Positions 1 through 11,317 of a DNA stretch of 64,000 nucleotides are shown one piece after another. The DNA is taken from NCBI RefSeq assembly GCF_006345805.1, contig NC_042999.1:167338001-167402000 (forward strand), given 5' to 3'. Origin of the DNA: Octopus sinensis. Lineage: Eukaryota. Each line of letters starts with the position of its first letter. Positions within the stretch are counted from its first letter, which is position 1. The notes beneath the pieces are model-generated. The model had not been told where the DNA came from. It saw only the letters and a program-made list of their open reading frames with translations, and did no database searches. The position numbers and the translations under genes are program-made.

Positions 1-129
1 TATTATCAATTCCCACATAGTTTGAATCGCTTTCTCTAACACTAGAAATCTTTCACAAATTATATCTTCTCACAAAACTAAGCTGCTAAATAAAGGTTCT
101 TCACCCGGGAGTTCCAGCATTAATCTTGC

Positions 130-400
130 TAATTCCAACCCATCATACATTCATAATAATAGGAATAGTATTAATAGTAATAGCAATGGTAGTAGTGATA
201 GTGTTAACAATGATAATAATAATAATAATAATAGTAATAGTCGTGTTAATAACAATGGTAATGTTAATAGTAATAATAATAACGGTATTATTGTTGATGG
301 TATTATTGGTTGTATTACCATTAATAATACTAATAATAATAATAGGAATAGTGTTGTTGTTATTATTGTTATTGTTGTGGGTAAGGGAGATAACTGTTCA
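130..400. repeat. Imperfect (AAT)/(AGT)/(GTT) trinucleotide microsatellite
   Basis: Visible triplet periodicity; explains the Ile/Val/Leu ORF 126-503. Confidence 0.85.
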
Positions 401-773
401 GCTTTCGGTAATGGGAGGGGAATATATATGTATAGACAAAAACAGGTTTCGAAAAACTTGTTTAGTGAGGGTATTTATGTACAGTGATGTAATCGTGAAT
501 TGAAATATATAAAACGATAAAAGTTGGTTATGCGTGCATATTAAGATGTGTTCTGTATTTTTCAATGAAAAAAGTTTCTTTATTTAAACGTTCTTGTGGA
601 GAGATTGTGTCTTTGCACTGGTAGAAGGGGAAGACTGTGAAATTTGGCTTGACGTTACCTGCACTTTTTGCTATATGTTCACTGAGAGGAATTTTGCCTG
701 TATTGCGGGAAACGGATTTGTTCTTTATGTAGAGTGGTTCTCTTTCTCAAGGTCATATTCATCCGTCCAATAT

Positions 774-1212
774 AAGAGTGTCAAGCTCACAATCATGAGG
801 TAGTGAGTTCTATTTCCGAGACATTTTATTTTACGTTGGTCCAATTCACTCAGCTTTAGAAATGAGTCGTGATGTCGCTGGTGTCAAGCTGTATCAACCT
901 TTCCCTTGGATAACATTGGTGGGGTGGAAAGGCGGCGAGCTAGTAGAAACGTTAGCACGCCGGGTGAAATGCTTAGCAGTATTTCGTCTGTCTTTATGTT
1001 CTGAATTCAAATTCTACCGAGGTCGACTTTGCCTTTCATCCTTTCGGGGTCGATAAATTAAGTACCAATTGCGTACTGGGGGGTCCCCCAAAATGTTGGG
1101 CCTTGTACCTCGAGTAGAAAAGAACATTGATGAAGTCCGGGCTTGTGTCTAGGAGGGAACCTTTTAGGTGCAATCCCATGGTCATTTATGACCGAAGGGG
1201 GTCTTTACCTTT
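774..1212 (+). mobile_element. tRNA-derived CORE-type SINE (here family C) with a nested second SINE (family B, 929-1128)
   Basis: B-box-like gtgagttctatttcc, body ...ttacgttggtccaattcactcagct..., tail atgaccgaagggggtctttacc matching 7592-8196; interrupted at 929 by aaggcggcgagctagtagaaacgttagcacgcc...gcctttcatcctttcggggtcgataaattaagtacc. Confidence 0.8.
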
Positions 1213-2244
1213 TATAGTTGATTATATAGGCCTAAAGGTAAGACCGGTACTTTGTTTTCTCGGTCGATCCAAATTGATAAAAGGCAAAGTCTATATCACT
1301 AACGGTGTGTATCATGTAAGACAGTATCTCTCAAAGGGAAGTAGGTTGTAAAGATTGAAAAGTTGCAGCCGATGGTTGCTGTGTTTAATAAACTCAAAAT
1401 GGTAATAAACGTTATTCTTTAAATGGTGACAAACCATGATGAATAAAGAAGAATTAAATGGATTTCTACGAAGACAGAAAATATTTCACTAATATTTTGA
1501 TGGAGCCCGGGAGTTGCTATTTTGTGAAACCCCGTGTGTCTATTTAGTAATTTATATATTTATAAATGTCTATATATATTTATTTATATGTATATACATT
1601 CATATGTATGTGTATGTACACATAAGCACACATACACACACATACACATATATATATACACATACACGTACATATATACATGTTGTAAAGATTTCCTGGG
1701 GCATCTTTCTGCATGAAGAATAAATTGAGTGGGTTCTAAGGCATTTAATGCAGTAAGCCAACAATCTATTTTTAAATAATTATGATTACATCTGTTATGA
1801 AAAGAATTAATTAATAATTCTTAAGAAATATAAAGGAGATAGCTCCCCAATGCAAATTGATAATACAGTATTACCTCGCAGTATGAGTTTACTTCGTTCC
1901 ATGACTGAGCTCGTTTTACGATTTACTCGTTCTACAAATCAATTTTTCCATTGAAATTAACTAAAATATAATTAATCCGTTCCAGCCCATCAAAACCATC
2001 CTAAAATAATTTTTTAAGGATTTTAAAACAGAAAAGTTGTAGTTACAAGTAAAATGATAGCTATAAAAAAGAGAGTGTAAGAGAAATATGTAAACTGGTT
2101 TTATTAACCGAATTACCTTAAAGATGTTTGTGCGCGAGGAAGACGATGGAGCGGGGAAGAAGAGGATTGCTGTTTCGAAGGAGAATCTCTTTCCATTAAG
2201 GCTTCAATAAGAACAATTTCTGGCGTTTTCTCAAGCATAAATAT

Positions 2245-2289
<45 letters not shown>

Positions 2290-2385
2290 TTGAAGGCTCG
2301 GATTTCCTTTTCAAACAAGGACAGAGGTTCACAATTAAAACTAGTTTCACTTGTGCCTCTGAGAACCTGCTCGAGTTGCGGTCAC

Positions 2386-2627
2386 AAGACAGACGAATTA
2401 CTGCTAAGCTTTTCGCCCGGCGTGCTAACGTTTCTACTAGCTCGCCGCCTTTGGTTGATACAGCTTGACACCAGCGACATCACGACTAATTTCTAAAGCT
2501 GAGTGAATTGGACCAACGTAAAATATAATGTCTCGCTCAATAACACAACACACTGCCCGATCCGGAAATAGAACTCACTACCTTATGATTGTGAGCCTGA
2601 CACTCTTACCACTGACCTATGCGCCTT
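2386..2627 (-). mobile_element. Inverted copy of the family C/family B composite SINE at 774-1000
   Basis: Reverse complement reproduces the same C-to-B junction and shared diagnostic bases (gctagtagaaacg, gtcgtgatgtcgctggtgtcaag). Confidence 0.8.
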
Positions 2628-2700
2628 ATCTATAATCAACTATAATCCTCCCCAAAATAAGTGTTATGTTATTTATGACAGAAATCATTATTGTTTAAAC

Positions 2701-3020
2701 CAGTGTTTTCCAAACTATTTTCCCCCGGGCCCTACAATAACTTTCCAGAATAATGTATGCCCCATCGGTTCTTGGAAACAACAAAAAAATTTTTTTTAAT
2801 ACTCCATCACAAATATTTTATACAAAAGAATCTACCCGTCACTCTTTTATTAAGTACTGAGTATCGGCTCCACACAATCATATACTTTCCTCAAAGAAAT
2901 ATCCACACTAAGGCGTGAGAATAGCGCTATACTGTAGCAAAAACATTTAGCTCTCACAACCCACCACAATTTTCCCAGGTCCCAGCAGTGGGGCGGATCC
3001 CCCCACGTTGGGAATCAGTG
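2701..3020. mobile_element. Degenerate hAT-type MITE
   Basis: Imperfect TIRs cagtgttttccaaac (2701) and gttgggaatcagtg (3007-3020), typical CAGTG...CCAAAC hAT termini. Confidence 0.5.
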
Positions 3021-3414
3021 GTTTAAGCTTTTACTTTTGTTCTTCAGTAAATATTGATGACGCTGTTGTTACAATTGTTGCTCTTTACTGTTCAATTTCA
3101 ACTCGACACTGGTAGAGCAGATATATGATTTTAAAAGGCATTGCAACAATAACAATCCTATCTTTATTTATTTATTCGAGCTGGTAGAATAACAAAAGAG
3201 TTGAGGAAAAATATATTTTGTGGTATTTCTTCCGGCTCGCAATGTTCTGTGTTCAAATCCCCCTGGGGTCAATTTTGTCTTTCTTCCCTCCCCGAGGGAC
3301 CTATGATATAAGATATTAGGATCAAGTATTTGGGTAGATGGCATTGGCTAATTCCCTTCCCTAAAAATCCTGGCCTTGTACCAAAGAAACTAGTTTTATT
3401 CTTTGTTGTTTATA

Positions 3415-3833
3415 TACTCTTTACTCTTTTACTCTTTTACTTGTTTCAGTCATTTGACTGCGGCCATGCTGGAGCACCGCCTTTAGTCGAGCAAATCGAC
3501 CCCGGGACTTATTCTTTGTAAGCCCAGTACTTATTCTATCGGTCTTTTTTGCCGAACCGCTAAGTGACGGGGACGTAAACACACCAGCATCGGTTGTCAA
3601 GCAATGCTAGGGGGACAAACACAGACACACAAACACACACACACATATATATATATATATACATATATACGACGGGATTCTTTCAGTTTCCGTCTACCAA
3701 ATCCACTCACAAGGCATTGGTCGGCGCGGGGCTATAGCAGAAGACACTTGCCCAACATGCCACGCAGTGGGACTGAACCAGGAACCATGTGGTTGGTTAG
3801 CAAGCTACTTACCACACAACCACTCCTGCGCCT
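3415..3833 (-). mobile_element. Full-length CORE-like SINE (here family A) with internal (TA)/(CA) tract
   Basis: Head ggcgcaggagtggttgtgtggtaag, CORE-like ttgggcaagtgtcttct, tail ggtgctccagcatggccgcagtcaaatgactgaaac followed by (gtaaaaga)n. Many other copies in the window. Confidence 0.9.
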
Positions 3834-4737
3834 ATATCTATTTCATTTTAAGATTTGTGTAACCTGAACTTCTTAAAATCGGACACCTGGACAAATCTAA
3901 TGTGTCCATTTTTAAGATGACAAGGTGTAGGTTGAGAGGGATTTGGCTGTTATTTCTAGCACGTTCAAATGGCCCACAACGCGACCCACCTTTCGTTGGT
4001 AGTCATCTCTGGTGCTGTTGCTAGTTGTTACTGTTGCTTTTATTATTCTCTTTTCTTAGTACTAGTAAATAAACTTTAATGGAATCAGCATGATGTACTT
4101 TGATGTACCCGTTTCTCTATCGTTCTCTATCTCTTTTCTGTCTTCCCTTCCGTACGAACTTTCTGTTGCCCTCTCTTTAGTATCCTCGATATCAGCTCCC
4201 GCTTTGCAACCTAATCATGACAGTTGAAGTTATTTAAGACCTCATTAAAAGTTTACTTTTCCTTACAGGAATCATAACAACGTCTATGTGTCCTCTTTAG
4301 CGAACTTATGTTTGCAGAGTATGAACAACTGACATTCCTGTGTATTAGACACATGTAAGAAATGAAGAAAAAAAAACACGAAAATAAAAAAGACAATTGT
4401 CTAAATATTTTCATAAATCCAATTAGAAAAGAAGAGAACAGATGTTAGAAATATTTTTATTTCCTAATAAGATGATCAATGTAGATTTATAAAAAAAAAA
4501 AAACGTCTTGGCTTCGCGAAAAAGGAAAAAAGTGTATCATACATCTATATGTAGTATTCCAAAATGGCAGAAAATTTTATAGGGTTAAAATGTTAAGTAG
4601 TGCCAAAGAAATTTTAATGATTTAGATATAATTTTACAAAACAAATCTAAATTATAATAAAATTAAATAATGAGGGCAGAAATTGATATTAATCAATTAA
4701 AACCCCCTAAAAATCCGAAGATTAAAAAGTATATTAC

Positions 4738-4834
4738 ATACAAAATTAAGAGGAATGACCACTAAAGTGGACTCCTAATATGCTAAATATAGACGTCAAA
4801 CCGCCATTAGTGGTCATTCCTCTTAATTTTGTAT
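4738..4834. repeat. 28-bp perfect inverted repeat with 41-nt spacer, possibly a Penelope-like terminal inversion
   Basis: atacaaaattaagaggaatgaccactaa (4738-4765) versus ttagtggtcattcctcttaattttgtat (4807-4834). PLE origin is inference. Confidence 0.7.
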
Positions 4835-7591
4835 CTAAATTATAATAGTTTTCCTTGCATTACCTGAGTACTTTAGTACGAATGCTCTCTATAATATTTT
4901 GTAAAAAGTTGACTGGTTTTATTTTGGTAAATGATTGAATCGGTTAAATGTTGGTCGACAACTTCCATTCTCGTACGTTTTGAGTTCAAATACCGCCAAC
5001 GTTGATTGTTGTTCTATTTTCTTCCAATCTTTTCGACGCACATGAGTGCTAATTTAAAAATATTGGTGGACATGTCTTTGAAGGCCATACCTCACAATGG
5101 CGACTTTTCAATTTATGAAACGAGTAAAAGAATACATTTCATACATCAGTTTGTCTCTATACTCTTCTAAAATGGTTTCTATGAACTGGATTTGAAATGG
5201 CTTCGAATACAACTTGGAAACATTTTGGTTATTCATTTAGCTCTTCAGCATTGAAAGCCATAATTTTTCGCCTTTAATACATCAAAAACTTCAGGTGCAG
5301 TAATTCAGAAATATCAAATTGTTCCCTATTCAACACGACTTATTTCAGATATAACATGACCGTATAATAGATATATTATAATAATAGATATATCATATAA
5401 TAATTACCTCGAAACAATCATACAGTAGTACACTTATGAGTCATGATCCTATAATAGACAAATGATACAATAACTGTCTTAATATAGGAATAAAGCTTTG
5501 CAAAGTGTTACATGTATTTAACGTACTATACATTGGTAGCATAATTGGGGCGGTGGTGATTTCAATTGGGAACTGAAATTGCATTATTGTCATGATTGAA
5601 TCTACCCCAGCATATGATTGGTTCTAATTTTATAGTCAAACGAGGAAATAACGCATAGCGATCGAGAATATATAGGGATGTAACTAAATACTACAAGACA
5701 TTTAATCCGCTAATTTATCTTCTCAGTTACTATTTGAAAGTTACCTTTATTATAGCGTTTTACTGATTTGAGAAATTAACTCACAATCAATTTTATATAT
5801 GGGAAATTAAATGGCTACAACGGGGAATTGACACCGGTTCTCAGACTGGCTCACGGAAAACTAATCTCAAATCCATTAAACAAAATACCATCGTTTCTTG
5901 TAGTAATTTCTTACATGGGTACATTTTATTGAGGATGAATCCATGTACGAGCTCAATAAACTGATATTTGCATCTTTTCAAGGGAAAATTAATTTAACTT
6001 CATATAATTTTACTTCCAGTTAGAAGCGTAAATTGCCCGGAAAAATCAACTCTCTTTTTTTCAACGGCATCCAGTTAAGAATGATTGGTTTCTTTTCACT
6101 GAAAATGGATAGTTATCTTCCGAACAATACTGACGGCTTAGTTAAAGTGAACTGACTTCATTCAGGAATATAAACAAGGTTGTGGTCTCAGCCGGAAGTT
6201 TACCTTTGCTCTATGTGCCTCATCGCACGCTTTACAGCTTAATGTATGCTAACTCTCGTTCAAACACAAGATGATTTCGGTTGTATCGTCCAGCATATAT
6301 TACCGATTCCAGAGTATCAAAAACAAAGTTTTTACTGACAGGATTTAAAACCAGATCGTTGAAAGAGGAAATATTTTAATGGATTTAGTTATGTGGTCTA
6401 CCGAACAAAACGGTTTACATATTTCTGTCAATGTTGAAAGGTGAGTGAATTTTTATTTCGTCCTATGTGCACATTAAAAATAATAGGAATCACTTTTATG
6501 AGATAAATTATCCACAAACTGAGGCAATCAGCAGTCAGTGAACTGCATATTCTCGGTAATTCGAATCCAAATCCTAGTTTCAGTTGCATGTCACTTGAAA
6601 GTTATTTCATTTCGTCATTGTTACTTGTTCTTGATATCATTGGGCGTGAGAAATTGAGAAAAATATGAATGACATGAATTCGTTTTTCAACCCCCTAAAA
6701 ATATACACCTTTCAGCCGAGTTAAAACTAATGACTTTATCAATAAAGGCCCAGGTATTTTGCTGGAGTACTTTTATCTTCAACTTATTTTAACAGGTTCG
6801 TGCTTTTCCCATTCCACTAACCTCCAATACGCAATTTTTCCTCTATATATGTGAGATATATCCATCTAAGATAATACAGTTACCTTCACGACTCTCACTA
6901 CTTCCAAAATAGAACGACTCTATTTGCGTTATTTTGTAAAGCAGTTGATGAACAACCAGTGACCCTAGTTTGTTTTCTTTTTGGTCTCTAGCTATTTGAT
7001 TACATTTATATTGAGAAAATTATAAACGTTAGACATTCAACTTCCCATAGCGACAAAACTGAATGCTTATATCATTGTTTTGCAATCCAGTTTCGACTGT
7101 AAGGAATGGAATATTTGAAGTTTTAACTGTTGTTAATTTCTATGGAAACGGCACATTCCATAGTTTTTGTGTTGTTTTACCCTGAATTCGATGGGTCTGA
7201 TCAAGTAATTAACACAATGAGGGAACTGCAATGTGGTCACTCGACCAGCTAGAAATAGCAGTTGAAGAAAAGATCAAAGGGCACCAAAAACGAAAGGACA
7301 ATGTAGTTCGTGATAAAGACGACGAGCAGTCGTGTTAGAAGAGCTAGGATCAGAGTTTTGCTCCTAGATCAGGCCTTAACTAGGACTAAACAACACCTAG
7401 AGAGGAAACTTTAGGTAGCCGATGAAAGTTAGGCTTTTAATCAATGCAGCACCAGTGACTGATTACAAACTATCGGTATTTCAGCAAAACATTTCAAAAT
7501 CGTGTAGACAAGCCCTGTTATAATTCTTGATGTGGCATGTGTAACTCTAATGAAAATAATTCACTAATCACGAATATGGAGTTAAGCTAGT

Positions 7592-8196
7592 AAGGGGTAA
7601 AGACCCCCTTCGGTCATGAGTGACCATGGGATTGCACCTAGAAAGTTACCCTCCTAGACACATGTCCGGGCAAGGTTGTTTATGGAAGATCAGCAGTCTC
7701 CCATGCATACCAGCCTCCCCTCTCCACGCCACCAGTGTTATCCAAGGGAAAGACAAAGGTCGATACAGCTTGGCACCTGTGACGTCGCAACTCATTTCTA
7801 CAGCTGAGCGAACTGGAGCAACGTGAAATAAAGTGTCTTGCTCAAGAACACAACACGCAGCCCAACTTCCGGCCAGGCAGCCAGCCTAGGCCAGATTCCA
7901 GCCAGCAAGCCAAGGCCGGGCCAGCCAGGCATCCAAAACAGGACCAGCCAGTCAGGAAATTATTAGGTGCAGGAGTGGCTGTGTGGTAAGTAGCTTGCTT
8001 ACCAACCACATGGTTCCGGGTTCATTCCCACTGCTTGGCACCTTGAGCATTCTACATTTCTACAGCTGAGCGAACTGGAGCAACGTGAAATAAAGTGTCT
8101 TGCTCAAGAACACAACACGCAGCCCGGTCCGGGATTCGAGCTCACAACCTCACGATCGTAAGCTCGACGCTCTAACCACTGAGCCATGCGCCTTCA
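7592..8196 (-). mobile_element. Family C tRNA/CORE SINE carrying a 185-bp templated insertion and a 71-bp internal duplication
   Basis: A-box tggctcagtggtt and B-box gctcgaatcc on minus; 7793-7863 repeated at 8055-8125; 7864-8048 nearly identical to 16160-16344. Confidence 0.85.
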
Positions 8197-8751
8197 TTGT
8201 TAAGCTAGTAGAAATGCATATAAATCTAGCGACAATTTCAATATAGATGTTAAATAAATATATGGATTGTCCTTACTGGAATAGTAAAATACTACTTCTC
8301 CTGTGCCTTGTAAACTGCAGTATTCTTTAAATGGTTTGAAAGTAAATGTTTTCTTTTTTATGCTGAATGTGGTAATACCAAATTTAAATCTTTGTGAATG
8401 CTTCTGCCAACCGCGACCCACAAAAAATGAAGGAGAGCGATCGAGTTACTTGATCCACTATAATAAGAATATCGAAACGCAATATCACCATTGGATTGGC
8501 TGAATTGTTAGAGCTTCGGGAAAATGCTTTGTATGATTCATTTCTTTTAGCACTTAATATTCTGATATTCTGTTTTTAAATCTTCTAGAGGTCAATTTGC
8601 ATTTTATATATATGCTGTGTGTGTGTATATATATATCGAAATCACTGTAAACAACATTTTTGTTTAAGAACGATAAATTTGTACTCTACAAAAAAAGTAG
8701 AGTAACCCATTAGATTAATCTAAAATTGTTTTTATTATAATTGAACATAAA

Positions 8752-8810
<59 letters not shown>

Positions 8811-8831
8811 CACGCGCGCACACACACACAC

Positions 8832-8865
<34 letters not shown>

Positions 8866-9422
8866 TTATATATATAAAACTGAGAATGTCTGTCTGTCTG
8901 TCTGTCTGTGTGTTTCTCTAAAACTTGAGAACTACACAACCAATTTCATTCAAGTTTTACACATGCCTTACTTAGGGTCCGGGGAGTGTCATCGGCAAAA
9001 AAATGTTTAACTTTTTGCCTAGGGCGAGCCCACAGCAATATCATATCTTCCCCACTATTCCAGTATAACGTGTTAAAAGTGAAACAAAAACATTTCTCCA
9101 TTTTATGTCAGATACTTTCACTTTAACAATAAAAAAATAGTAACAATTGAATTATATGTAGTAAGTAATAATTAAAATCAAACTAAAGTATAATATAATC
9201 GTAACATAAAAAAGTAAAAATAGCAATTGGTATAGAATTGCATCAATGACTTGAACTTGAATAAGTGGTTTCCCATGAATGGGAATAAATTAAAAATAAA
9301 AATAAAATTAGCGTGCAGAAATGGAATAGTCCAGATGGATAATAAAAAATTAAATTAAAGAAAAGACTATTGTCTATAAAGTATACAATGTAGAGAAAAA
9401 GGATTTGAACACATGGAGGAAA

Positions 9423-11309
9423 TCTATCCACGTGTGTTGTGAGTTATTTTGTATGTGAAAATTGGAAAAAAAAACTGTTAAAAATTGTCAAAAAATTGAA
9501 TCGCGCGAGGCGTTTGCCGCTACGTGTTTGAACCTTTTATAGAAGGTGTGTCGACCCTCAAGTCATGGAGACTTACGCGGGGGTCGCCACAACAAAAAGT
9601 GACGAGTCTCTTAGAATAAAAGAAGTGTTCTTTAGAAAAGAACAATTGAAGGAATACGAGAAGTTCGTCAAAAGGGAGGGTGACAGCGTGAAGCTGGTCC
9701 CGCCTGTGGAAACAATAGAAGAGAAAAATAACAAGACGATAACGTATAGAACGCAAGATAGAAACACGAGAAAACTGGTGAGAGTGGACGATTGAGAAAT
9801 AGAGAATGTCTGGGGGACATCATGAAAAAAGCGACTTTTGTAGACAGAGGAAAGAAATATGGTACGGTGGAGGTGAGATGCGCAACAAAGAATTGGCGGC
9901 CTCATTGGCTTCCACTGTCCTGAAAGCGGAAAATTTCACCATGTGGCCGACGTATAAAGGAAGACGAGGGGTACGGGTAAGAGTCCCAAAGGTGCCCCCA
10001 GATATTAAAACAGAAATGCTGGTAACAGCCATTATTGGGGCAGCAAAAGAGGAAGTGGAATAGGGTCAATTAAGGAGACGAACGTTGTAAATTGGAAGGG
10101 ATTCGGAGTAGAGTTGTGGCTGATGGCCACAATGAAGACATCGAAAGATTTCCTTCCAAATAGAAATAGAAAACGAGAAAACAATTAGTGTATAGTGGAA
10201 GGCAGAAAACCGAATTGCTACTGTGGCGGATCAAGGGCACATAAAAAAGGATGTCCGCTTATGAATTCACAGCGGAGCAAAAAGAGACACAAAGTGGAGA
10301 GAAGAAACGAACACGAAGGAAAGAACAGCGAAAACAAGGAAAAGGAAATACGGAGAACAACAAGAAAGGAAGTAACAGCGCACTGAAGGAAAATGAAAAC
10401 AAAGGGAAGAAGATAGTAGAAAAGGAGCAAAATTCACAGGGTGCAGAAGTAGTGGAGAAGGAGCCAAGGCAGAAGCAAGAGAAAGAAAAGGAAAGTACAT
10501 TAAAGGGAAGAGAAAAAGCAGGAAAAGAACAAGAGAAGGACAGAGAACCAAGAGAAAGGAAAAGATGGTATGCAAAAAGGAAAGAACAACAGGAAAGGAA
10601 CTTAAGGCACAGGGTAGAGAGACGGCAGACAAAGAGCCAAAAAGACAAGAGAAGGAAAAAGAAAGAAAGAAAGCAAAAGAGAGAAAGAGAGAAACCGAGG
10701 GAGGGAAAAAAAAGGAAGTAAGTCCTAAGAGAAAAACTAGAGAAAACGTAGGTACGAATAGAAAATTCAAATACTATGGAACGTTGATCCATCCAGGCAC
10801 TGTGAGGAGATGGAAGATTTAATAAACGTAACAACGGATATACGTGGGTCAGGATGGGCACCGAATGGAAAGACAGGTGCACTCGTCCACGAGAACGACG
10901 CCGAGCGTTTTATCGAGGCAGCGGCGAGAACGTGTCAAAACATATGAAATGCCGACTTACAAGGTGGCCTCGAACAATGAAGTTTACTCAGATTGTAGAC
11001 ATAATGGAGTATATATAAAAGAAAAGGTATTGTGAAAACTTAATTTGGAAATGATAAAAAGAACTTTAATTCTGGGAAAAAAAAAGAAATGTTGAACTTT
11101 GTAAAACTTTTGAAATGTATGTTGAAAATGTATAAAAGTTTTATTTGGAAAATATTGTTGACGAATAAAAATAAATGACGAAATGTAACCGCTCGATTTC
11201 GGGGATCGAGTGGGCATTACACCACATTATACAAACTTCATAATTCATTATTCATTTTCCCGATTGTATTGTCCCATCTATGTAGCCCCTAGTGGGTAAT
11301 AATAAAAGA
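9423..11309 (+). mobile_element. ORF1-only Tx1/L1-type non-LTR element, copy 1 of a head-to-tail dimer
   Basis: Starts tctatccacgtg after TSD acatggaggaaa (9411-9422); Gag-like ORF1; only ~290 bp between ORF1 stop and the aataataaaa tail, so no ORF2. Confidence 0.85.
9565..11018 (+). pseudogene. Gag-like ORF1 (putative RRM-like region, CCHC zinc knuckle, Lys/Glu-rich linker, C-terminal domain), frameshifted as assembled
   Basis: METYAGVATT..., PTYKGRRGVRVRVPKVPPDI, VEGRKPNCYLCGSRGHIKKECP (C-x2-C-x4-H-x4-C, reconstructed with copy 2). Confidence 0.8.
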
Positions 11310-11317
11310 GGAGGAAA

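Noticed and set aside
126-503. Hydrophobic membrane-protein ORF and the many [12 protein letters not shown]/poly-Thr ORFs
   Set aside because: These are translations of di- and trinucleotide microsatellites.
796-818. tgaggtagtgagttctattt resembles let-7
   Set aside because: It is the B-box region of a SINE head (homologue at ~2570-2590 minus); there is no pre-miRNA hairpin.
6340-6446. Host exon bounded by ...tgacag and aag|gtgagt
   Set aside because: All three frames are closed and there is no other support.
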